From: an uncultured bacterium
GTDB taxonomy: Bacteria > Planctomycetota > SZUA-567 > JAKLDR01
Direction of reading: 5' to 3'
DNA length: 64,000 nucleotides
Assembly: GCA_965370045.1 (NCBI GenBank)
Contig: CBDUSI010000001.1
Span: 18,691-82,690 of the forward strand
This document shows, in pieces, positions 55,901 to 64,000 of this stretch. The position numbers were made by a program, and so were the translations under genes. Below the pieces are notes generated by a model. That model did no database searches, was not told the origin of the DNA, and saw only the letters and a list, made by a program, of their open reading frames with translations. The first letter of the stretch is position 1. Each line of letters starts with the position of its first letter.

Positions 55901-58900
55901 ATGCAGGCTCTGGGCTACAGCATCCTTGAGGCAGGGCGGGGGAAAGGCTGCGGCACCATGAAGGTGGGTCGGCCGGCCATCCTTAGGAGCGCCAAGATGA
56001 AGCGGGCCGACTTCTCGCTCCAGGCCGGCCGGCGCTATAAGCATCGGGTCGCCATCGCCGGCGGAAACATCTCCTGGTCCGTGGATGGCAAGGAACTCAT
56101 CTCTGCGAAGCACGAGCCGGTCGGCGATCTGCTGGCCCTGGCTACTCTGGGGAAGGAGTCCAGGATCCACTTCGACAACGTGCGCATCGTCGGCACGCTG
56201 GACCGCAGGTGGGCGGCGGCGGTGGCAAACTGGGTGGGCAAACCCTCTCCCTGGCGGGGAACCTGGAAGAAGGTTACCACGCTGAAGGAGAGAGACCCCA
56301 GGCCGGTTACTTCCGCTTTCGACAGCAAGCGGGGGCAGTACATTCTCGTCTTCCGGGACCACTCGCTTCGCGCCTACTCAACTTCTCAAAACAAGTGGGG
56401 AGTGCTTTGCGGGCCGACGGTTGTCGGCGGTCGGAAGCTCGTGCATCGCGGCGTTGCAGGATATGACTCCGGCAAGGACAGGATATTTTTTGCAGCCATG
56501 GGCAGCTCGGCATCTTTCGACATCGCCTCCCGCAAGTGGAGCGAGGCCCCCGCCCTGCCCCCCAACTACGGGGTCAGCCTGGTCTGCGGCAACGGGGTTA
56601 TTCTGGCTCCCAACTGGAGCAAGGGCTCCTCCATTCGCCTCCACCGGCTGGACGAGACCGGCCGGAAGTGGGACGAGAAGGGGACGCGGATGATACCCAG
56701 CCGGGGCATCGTCCAGCGCACCATGGTCTACGACCCGCCGAGAAAGCGTTTCGTCCTGTTCGGCGGGCAGAACTCTCACGAATTCAGCGACACCTGGGCA
56801 TACAACGCGGCCAGGAACGCCTGGACGAAGTTGAAGCCCGCGTTCCACCCGCCGCCCCGCCGGCAACATGAGCTGTGCTATGACTCCGGGAACGACCTGG
56901 TGGTCCTCTATGGCGGCCGCGGCCGGCCCGCCGACAATGAGGCCATCGCCACCGGGGTCTGGGTGTTCGACGCGACGCGCAACTCATGGTTCGAGGTGAA
57001 CTGCCCGGCCAAGCCGCCGGCAGGCAGCGACAAACTCCACTACGACAGCACCGGCAAACGCTGCCTGGTCTGGAACCGCCAGGGCCGCGCGGTCTGGGCT
57101 CTGAAGATCGAGCCCGCTGGCGGCAAGTCCACCTCTCTCCTCCCCACTCCGCTGCCTCCGCCCGTGACGCCGCCCGTGACGCCGCCCGTGACTCCGGCGG
57201 CTGGCGCATTCCGCGCCAAGTGGCAGGAACTCAAGCTCGCCGGCCCAACACCCGGGAAGCGCCGCTCTCATCTGCACACGGCGATTACCTATGATTCCAG
57301 GCGCAAGCGGTGCGTGCTCTTCGGGGGCTACAGGCACAACGACCTCTGGGCCCTGGACCTCGGCAAGGGCCGCTGGAGTTGCCTGCAGAAGAACGATCCC
57401 AAGGACCCCGGCGTGGGCACCTCGCGACCGGGCATACACAGATACACCCGCTTCGTTTACGACGGGGCCGGCGACCGCTGCTGGCTCATTGACGGTCTTG
57501 GATGGGGCCCCGCATGGAGCCGTGACCTCGGGTCCGGCGCCTGGAAGAAGTACAAGAAGCCCAAAGGGCTGTCCGCAAGCTCTAACGACGTCCGCAACGG
57601 CTGGGCCTACAATCCCGCGTCCCGCAAGTTCATGAAGGTGACGATGCACGGGGCCGCGCTCTTCTTCGACCCCCACGGCGGCAAGATAGAGCGCCTGCCC
57701 AAGGGCCCGGCGCACGGTTACCTCGATGGCGGCCTGGCGTATGACCGGAAGAACCGGGTCTTCGTGCTCTTCGGCGGCATAAAGCCCAGCAGGCCCGCGC
57801 TCTGGCCCACCGACACCTGGACCTTCAATCCCCGGACCCGCAAGTGGCGGCAGATGCGGCCGGAGACAAGCCCTCCCGGGCGATCCTGGCACAAGCTCGT
57901 CTGGCACGAGAAACTCGGCGCAATGGTGATGTTCGGCGGCGTGAACAAGAAGGGCGCCCTCAACGACCTGTGGGTCTACGAGACCGCAGGCGACCGCTGG
58001 ACGGAGGTCGCGACGCCGGTCGGACCGCCGCCGCTCCGCGGATACGGAGAAAACGGCACGACTTACGACGCTGAGCGAGACAAGCTGGTCCTCTTCAACT
58101 CCAAGGGGCAGACCTGGACCTTGAATATCGCGCGGGATGGTGCCGCACCGCCTACAACGCCTGGCAAGACCCCTTGGCGGGGCACGTGGAAGAAGATGAA
58201 CGGCCGTATGGCCCGCGCCGGCTACTTCGGCACGACGTTCGACACCAAGCGCGGACTTTACCTTGTCGCCCTCGGGGACCTGTCCGTATGGAGCTACAGC
58301 ATCCGGACCGACAAGTGGGCCCAGTTCTCGGGCGCCGCCCGGGGCGACGGGAAGACGCTCCCCAAGGGGCTCAGCTCCTCGGCGCTGGCCTACGATCCGG
58401 GGCGCGACGGGCTTCTCTTCCACGGCAGCACGGGAAAAGTCGGCGGCGGCCCGGGGACGCTGTTCTTCGATATGAAGACGCGGAAGTGGAAAGCGCTGTC
58501 GGCGGATACGTTCAGGTTCCCCACGCTGGTCTACGGAGGCGGACTGCTCTTGCGCTACACCGGAGGTCCGCCCTACCGCTTTGACTACGCCGGGAAACGC
58601 TGGGAGAGGTTGGGCCTTGAGCGGCCCCCGGGGCGCGCGGTCACGCGTAACATCATGACCTACGATTCTGCCAGGAAGCGGTTCTTCCTCTTCGGCGGCG
58701 GTCCCTACCGACGGCCTCCCTTGAACGACACCTGGACCTACGACCCGGCCGGGAAGAAGTGGACGGAGCTGAAGCCCGCGGCCAGCCCGCCGGCCAGGCA
58801 CGCCCAGTCGACGTGCTACGACTCGGGCAACGACCTGGTCGTGATCCATGGCGGTCTGGACAAATGGCTCCGGCCGAAGCGCTTCACCGATACCTGGGCC

Positions 58901-59056
58901 TTCGACGCGGGGCGCAACTCCTGGTTCAAGATCGAAGCGCCGCCAGGATCCCCGGCCGGCACCGCCAGGCTGGTGTACGATCCGACCAACAAGTGCTGCA
59001 TCGGGTGGGACCCTGACAGCGGCGAGGTCTGGACGCTGAAGTTCCAGCGGAAATAA
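52950..59056 (+). CDS. Hanks-type Ser/Thr protein kinase with a single TM and a giant Kelch-repeat extracellular region (about 2035 aa)
   Basis: Kinase subdomains GEGGMGAVY, ALK, HRDVKPDNIL, DMGLA, SPEQ. TM LLAALGAAGLVLIALAAWVL. Ala/Lys-rich helical region. (PVTP)3 linker. At least 12 Kelch-like blades (YDS-GNDLVVLYGG, RFVLFGG, RVFVLFGGI, etc.). Confidence 0.85.
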
Positions 59057-59084
59057 GTCGTCAACCGGCTGGCGTGGCCGAAGC

Positions 59085-60173
59085 TCAGGGGGCGGACAGC
59101 CCGGGGATGATCCGCACGGCGTTCCGGTGGTAGATATTCTTCAAGACTTCGTCGGGCAGGTCGAGCCCGCTGATGCCCCAGCGGCTGTGTCCCCAGCGAC
59201 CGACGTAGTCCGGATACTCGAACCACTCGTCCCGCGACTCAAGAAACCTGAAATGGCAGCGGTAGGTCTCGACGCTGACCGGCATGTCGGTGCCGAAGAG
59301 CACCCGGTCCTGATAAGCGATCATGAACTCCCGCGCGGCGCGGGGTTGACGGCCGAGCTCGTCGATGCGCGCGGAGAAGTCTATGCACACGTTGGCGTGG
59401 GCGTCGAGCAGCGCCGCCACTGAGGCCAGGTCCTCGGCGTGGTTGGCCACGTGGGGCAGGATGAACGTGGTTTCGGGATGCAGCGCGACCACCCGGTTGC
59501 GCTGTTCCAGGAGCTCTTCTTTCGAGAAGTGCGAGCCGCAGAACGACCAGCCCGGGAACCGCCGGAGGTTGGCGTAGTGCTCGTTGGCCTCGTCGACCGG
59601 CAGGAAGAAGGCCACCGGGTCGGAGGTGTGCATCAGTACGGGGACGCCGAGCTCCCCCGCGCGCTTCCACACCGGGAAGAACCGTTCGTCGTCCACGGGC
59701 ACCATCGCGCCGTGGGGATCGCGGAACTGCAGGCCCAACTCCTTGGTCACCTTGAGTCCCAGGGCTCCCTTGCCGATGTGTTCCTCCAGATCGGCTATGA
59801 CCCTCTCAACGAAGTCGCTCTCCCTGAAGACGGTGAAGTCTCCCCAGCGCGCGAAGCCTGACATGGTCAGAGCCGCGAAGCGTCCAGGGTGGGCGGCAAC
59901 GTAATCGTCCAGGAAGCCGTCGATGCCCTCCACCCGGATGGTGTACCCCGCCTCGTCAAAGGGCATGGCCACGTTGCCGGAGACGTTGACGAAGGTGCTC
60001 ACGCCGACCTGGTCCATGACTTCCAGGAGCGCCTCCGGCGAAAGCTCGCCGAAGAGGTGATTGTGCGCGTCAATGACCGGGAAGCGCGCGCGTTCGGGCA
60101 CGTGGGCCGGCAGGGCGAGCATCGAGCGGGGACGATAGTCCCGCATGGGCAGTTCGCCGCTTCGCTTGGCCAC
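59085..60173 (-). CDS. amidohydrolase-family (TIM-barrel metal-dependent hydrolase) protein
   Basis: N-terminal metal-binding DAHNH, HTSDP and conserved Asp in FGTDMP, typical of the Amidohydro_2 family. Confidence 0.75.
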   Translation of the reverse strand: MAKRSGELPMRDYRPRSMLALPAHVPERARFPVIDAHNHLFGELSPEALLEVMDQVGVSTFVNVSGNVAMPFDEAGYTIRVEGIDGFLDDYVAAHPGRFAALTMSGFARWGDFTVFRESDFVERVIADLEEHIGKGALGLKVTKELGLQFRDPHGAMVPVDDERFFPVWKRAGELGVPVLMHTSDPVAFFLPVDEANEHYANLRRFPGWSFCGSHFSKEELLEQRNRVVALHPETTFILPHVANHAEDLASVAALLDAHANVCIDFSARIDELGRQPRAAREFMIAYQDRVLFGTDMPVSVETYRCHFRFLESRDEWFEYPDYVGRWGHSRWGISGLDLPDEVLKNIYHRNAVRIIPGLSAP

Positions 60174-60195
60174 GGGATCCGACCTCCTCTTCCCC

Positions 60196-61578
60196 CTAGG
60201 GCAGGATGGTCCGAATGCCGGTCATCCTGCAGAAGTCGACCAGCGCCGGGTAAAGACTCTCGCCATAGCCTAGACAGGCGTATTCGTTTGTCCAGTGCTC
60301 CAGGAGTTCGTCCATGTCGCACTGCGCGGTCACGAATCCGTGCGGCCAGAAGGGGATGCCGCACTCGTTCCTGCGGGCTTCCAGCTGGTCGGCCGGCGGC
60401 TCGAAGATCGAACAGCGGGTGATGACCATGTTGAACTCACCATCGACGCGACCCAGGCGGGCGAGCACGCCCTGGCCCTGCTTGCAGAGCAGCTTGACCG
60501 ACAGCCCGCCGGCCTCCCCCTCGGTGGGGATGCCGTGCTCGGCGAAGCCGGCTGGGCCCAGCTTGCTGGCCAGCGACGGGGGGCAGGCGCCGTCGCCGAT
60601 GATCTTGATCTCTCCGCTGGCCTTGTCGATGTGCTGCAGGTCGCCGTAATAGACCGGGTCGTTGCTCAGCTTGTTGAGCAGCAGCACGGTCAGCAGCGTG
60701 TTGAAGTCGCCCAGCGTGGAGGTCCCCCAGCCGTCGTCCAGCATCATGCTCTGCGCGAAGCAGGTGGCCGAGTAGGCGTCGGCCAGGCCGGGAAAGGACT
60801 GGATGGTGTAGAAGTCCCAGTTGTAGTCCTTGACCAGCTTCTTGATGGCCAGGTAGAGCCGCTGCGAACGCTCGTTGACCGCGTTCTTCTCGGGATTCTT
60901 CCCGAAGAGTTCCTTGATGCGGGGCCGCAGTTCCTCGATCGCGCCCGCGGGCACCTCTTCGGCCGTCCGCAGGAGCTCAGCGCTGTCCCGCGTGTCGATG
61001 TCCACGCCGAAGGTCTTCATCCACTGGGAGGGATCGGCGACGCCGCAGGTCTGACCCATGCCCCGCCCGCCGAAGGCGCCGGCGGTGGACATGTTCAGCC
61101 AGTTCTTCATGTGCGCCGCGTGGCAGAAGCTGGCTACCTTCCCGACCTCGCCGGGATCGTCGGCGGCTCCGTAGACGAACTTGTGGTCGATGCCGACTTC
61201 CTTGAGCGCCCCGTGCACCACCAGTCCGCCGACCGGGCGCCAGCCCTGGGAGCCGGGGTGCGTCCAGATCAGCACCCCCTTGCCGCTCGTGGCGAAGTCG
61301 CGCACGGCGGCGACGAGGTGCGCGGCCCAGACCCACGTGCCGGAGAAGAGCACCGCGCAGTCCACCCCGTCGTCGTCCTTCATCTTCTTGAGCGCCGTAC
61401 GCGCCTCTTCCTTGGAAGCTATCACCACCTGGTGCTCGACTAGTCTGACGCCCTGCTCGGCCAGTGCCTTCTTGGAGTCGGCGACGACCTTCTCGTCGAT
61501 GAACGGCTGTCCCATGGGGTCGGCCAGTCCGTCCTTGTGCACGCCGTAGACGATGAATCCCGCGGTAGGTTGAATCAT
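60196..61578 (-). CDS. L-fucose/L-arabinose isomerase family protein (sugar isomerase)
   Basis: 460 aa. Architecture and conserved Glu/His-containing C-terminal region resemble FucI/AraA-like isomerases. The family is assigned at moderate confidence. Confidence 0.6.
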   Translation of the reverse strand: MIQPTAGFIVYGVHKDGLADPMGQPFIDEKVVADSKKALAEQGVRLVEHQVVIASKEEARTALKKMKDDDGVDCAVLFSGTWVWAAHLVAAVRDFATSGKGVLIWTHPGSQGWRPVGGLVVHGALKEVGIDHKFVYGAADDPGEVGKVASFCHAAHMKNWLNMSTAGAFGGRGMGQTCGVADPSQWMKTFGVDIDTRDSAELLRTAEEVPAGAIEELRPRIKELFGKNPEKNAVNERSQRLYLAIKKLVKDYNWDFYTIQSFPGLADAYSATCFAQSMMLDDGWGTSTLGDFNTLLTVLLLNKLSNDPVYYGDLQHIDKASGEIKIIGDGACPPSLASKLGPAGFAEHGIPTEGEAGGLSVKLLCKQGQGVLARLGRVDGEFNMVITRCSIFEPPADQLEARRNECGIPFWPHGFVTAQCDMDELLEHWTNEYACLGYGESLYPALVDFCRMTGIRTILP

Positions 61579-61612
61579 TTCCCCTTCCTCCCTTTCGCTC
61601 CCAAGCTGGCGC

Positions 61613-63124
61613 TCACGGGCGAGTTTCCCCGCCGTGGAACTGCTTCAGCGCCGGGTAGAGTCTCCTGTAGTCCTCGAAACGCCCGGCGTAGTGCGGGGCG
61701 CGGGCGGGGTCCGGCTCCACCGCCGGACCGGTGCGCACCCACTTCTCAGCCAGTGTCTCCGGCTTCTCGCCGGTAGCCGCCGAGCAAGCCAGCACCGCCG
61801 CGCCCAGGCAGCCGGCTTCGGTCACCTCGACGGTGGTGATCTGACGGCCGAGCACGTCGGCCTTGAGTTGGGTCAGCGCCCCACTACGGGCCCCGCCGCC
61901 GACCGCGCGGAACTCGCTCACCGACACGCCGGAAGCTTCGAGGATCTCAACGTTCAGGCGCATCTCCAGGGCTACGCCCTCAAGCAGTGCGCGCAGGATC
62001 TCGCCGCGCGTGGTGGTCAGGCGCAGCCCGAGAATCGCACCGGGCACCTCGGCATCGAAGTGGGGCGTGCCGGAGGGCGTGAAATAGGGCAGGACCAGCA
62101 GCCCGCTGGGCTCCGGAGTCATGCCCGCGAGCACCAGGTCGTAGACGTCGGCGCCGATGCGCCCGGCTTCCCGCACTTCGGTCTGGGCCCACTGGTCGCG
62201 GAACCACTTGAGCAGGTTGCCTCCGGTAAGGCTGTAAGCCACGGTGGTGTAGGCCCCCGGCAGGGCGTGGTCGTAGGTGCACAGGTTGCTGCGGAAGAGT
62301 TCGTCGCTCAAGACCGGCTGGGCCAAGGTCGGGCAGATGCACTCCACAGTACCTGTGGCGTACATGGCGCTGCCGGCGCGGGTCGCCCCGGAGCCCAGCG
62401 CCCCGCAGGACTGGTCGTGCCCGCCGGCGGCGACGACCACGCCCTGGGGCAGGCCCAGCGAGTCGGCGACCGAGCGCGGGATGGTTCCGGCCACGCTTCC
62501 CGAGCGCATCGGCCGCGCCAGTTGGTCGGCGTCCAACCCGGCGGCAGCGAGTATCTCGCCGGACCACTCGTGCTTCCTGACGTCGAAGAGCATGGTCCGG
62601 CCGGCCAACGGCCAGCTCATCGTCGGCTCCAGTCCCAGGCGGAGGTGCAGCAGGTCTTCAAAGCAGTGAAAGCGGGCGGCCTTCGACCAGACCTCGGGTC
62701 GGTTCTCGCGCAGCCAGAGCAGCTTGAAGAGCGTGAAGAGCGGCGCGGCGGTGTGCCCGGTGATTTCATACAGCCGCTCGCGGCCGAACTCCGCGCTCCA
62801 GCCCGCGGCGAGCTCAGCCGCGCGGGCATCGGAGGAGACCATGGCGTTTCCCAGGGCCCGACCCTCCTGGTCGACCGGGGTGAAGGCTTCGCCCTGGCTG
62901 GATATCCCCAGGCTGCGCACCGGGTCCCGGCCGCAAGCGGCGGAGGCCTCGCGGATCACCGCCAGGCATTGCTCGCAGACCAACTCGGAGTCCAGCTCCG
63001 CCCAGCCGGGCTGGGGGGTAAGCAACTCGTACTCCCGGTAGGCCGCGGCCAGCAGTCGGCCCTCTTCGCTGAAGGCCACCGCTTTGCAGCCCGTGGTGCC
63101 CACGTCCAGTCCCATGTAGCTCAT
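61613..63124 (-). CDS. FGGY-family carbohydrate kinase (xylulo-/ribulo-/fuculokinase-like)
   Basis: N-terminal LGLDVGTTGCKAV motif. Second domain GGGARS motif. 503 aa. Confidence 0.85.
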   Translation of the reverse strand: MSYMGLDVGTTGCKAVAFSEEGRLLAAAYREYELLTPQPGWAELDSELVCEQCLAVIREASAACGRDPVRSLGISSQGEAFTPVDQEGRALGNAMVSSDARAAELAAGWSAEFGRERLYEITGHTAAPLFTLFKLLWLRENRPEVWSKAARFHCFEDLLHLRLGLEPTMSWPLAGRTMLFDVRKHEWSGEILAAAGLDADQLARPMRSGSVAGTIPRSVADSLGLPQGVVVAAGGHDQSCGALGSGATRAGSAMYATGTVECICPTLAQPVLSDELFRSNLCTYDHALPGAYTTVAYSLTGGNLLKWFRDQWAQTEVREAGRIGADVYDLVLAGMTPEPSGLLVLPYFTPSGTPHFDAEVPGAILGLRLTTTRGEILRALLEGVALEMRLNVEILEASGVSVSEFRAVGGGARSGALTQLKADVLGRQITTVEVTEAGCLGAAVLACSAATGEKPETLAEKWVRTGPAVEPDPARAPHYAGRFEDYRRLYPALKQFHGGETRP

Positions 63125-63139
63125 GGCCAGCCCATTCCC

Positions 63140-64000
63140 TCAGCGGTACCAGAGCGCCAGGAGGCCCGCGACGGTTCGTTTCATCGTCTCGAAGACGATG
63201 CCCTGACGGTACGCCGTGGTGAAGAAGTCCAGATCCGGCCCGCCGGTCAGCTCGGCGCGCTCTCCGAGCAGCCCCTCTCCCGCCAGCCGGCCTGCGGCCC
63301 CCGGCCCGGCGACCCGCGAGGCGTGGCGGAGCATATCGGCCAGCAGCGCCGGGCTGCTGTCCCGCTCGAGCATGGTCCAGATGTTGACCTTGCAGACGCC
63401 GTCGGCGAACAGGCTGCCCAACTCGCCGGCCGGGACCGAAGAGCAACCGTGCAGCACCAGCCGCGGGCCAACGTGCGCGCTGATGGCCCTGGCCAGTTCA
63501 CCGTGGTACTTCAGCCCGGCGGCGCTGGCGCGGTGCTCGGTCCCCAGATTGGCGACGACCATGTCGACGCCGGTCCGGTCGAAGTACTCTTCGACCCTTT
63601 CCGGCGTGGCCAGCGCATTGCTTTCCTCGCCAGCGGCCTCGGCGATCTCGTCGCAGGCGCCCTCGATCACGACTTCCCTTCCGCGGCGCTCGACGAAGCG
63701 ACGGGTGGCCTCGGCGTTTTCGTCCATGGGCAGCTTGGAGGCGTCGAACATGATCGAGGAGAAGCTGTCCATGCTCCAGTCCAGCAGCTCAGCGTCCAGA
63801 TCGTGCTGAATGTGGTCGAGGTGCACCATCACGTTGAGCCCGCCGAACGGCGAGCCCGACGCGCTCAGCACGGCGAGCTCCGCCAGAAACAGCTTGAGGC
63901 CTATTTCCCAGCTTCGCGTGTGTGTGTAGTTGACCGACTGGCGGCGCCCGGGATAGAGGTTGGTGACCGCCAAGGTGACGGGCAGGTCCGGGCAACCGAT
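63140..64000 (-). CDS. class II ketose-bisphosphate aldolase (FBA/GatY/KbaY family), 5' end beyond the window
   Basis: HLDH zinc-ligand motif, IMFDAS, LVLHGCSS, CKVNI all collinear with GatY/KbaY. The frame is open to nt 64000, so the N-terminus is missing. Confidence 0.8.
   Translation of the reverse strand: MGCPDLPVTLAVTNLYPGRRQSVNYTHTRSWEIGLKLFLAELAVLSASGSPFGGLNVMVHLDHIQHDLDAELLDWSMDSFSSIMFDASKLPMDENAEATRRFVERRGREVVIEGACDEIAEAAGEESNALATPERVEEYFDRTGVDMVVANLGTEHRASAAGLKYHGELARAISAHVGPRLVLHGCSSVPAGELGSLFADGVCKVNIWTMLERDSSPALLADMLRHASRVAGPGAAGRLAGEGLLGERAELTGGPDLDFFTTAYRQGIVFETMKRTVAGLLALWYR

Noticed and set aside
57130-57190. Short exact DNA repeat (gtgacgccgccc x3) in the kinase gene
   Set aside because: Encodes a (PVTP)3 inter-domain linker. 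Coding, in frame, not a CRISPR or regulatory repeat.
1-64000. tRNA, rRNA and riboswitch scan by eye (T-loop GGTTCGAATCC-like motifs, FMN riboswitch near the ribF/ribE genes)
   Set aside because: No tRNA-like cloverleaf signatures or rRNA fragments seen. ribE is internal to an operon and ribF follows pfkB with a 6-nt gap, leaving no room for an FMN riboswitch.

Overview
This is a 64 kb, high-GC (about 68-70%) bacterial chromosomal segment, densely coding on both strands. The gene content (ECF sigma factors fused to membrane and extracytoplasmic domains, a giant Ser/Thr kinase with Kelch repeats, a GspE ATPase with an N-terminal HTH, many lipoproteins) is Planctomycetota/PVC-like, but taxonomy cannot be fixed from sequence alone. 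Housekeeping genes include ribF, der, dnaE, argH, ribE, a PfkB sugar kinase, an AGE-family epimerase, a rhomboid protease, an LplT-Aas fusion, an ExbB/ExbD pair and a sugar-catabolic cluster at the 3' end. Two short low-GC accessory insertions stand out. One (about 34.5-37.5 kb) carries a single-protein GmrSD-like (DUF262 + DUF1524/HNH) type IV restriction enzyme. The other (about 1.3-4.5 kb) carries a HicA-like toxin with a small upstream partner gene and an orphan low-GC lipoprotein. Each insertion also contains one copy of a paralogous small gene behind a near-identical perfect sigma70 consensus promoter (TTGACA-N17-TATAAT), followed downstream by a conserved 24-nt element made of three tandem CTCCAGA heptamers. 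This recurring promoter/paralog/heptamer module next to defense and toxin genes is the least explained and most interesting structure in the window. No rRNA, tRNA or CRISPR array was found. Many long ORFs in the six-frame track are antisense artefacts of the high GC content and are not reported.
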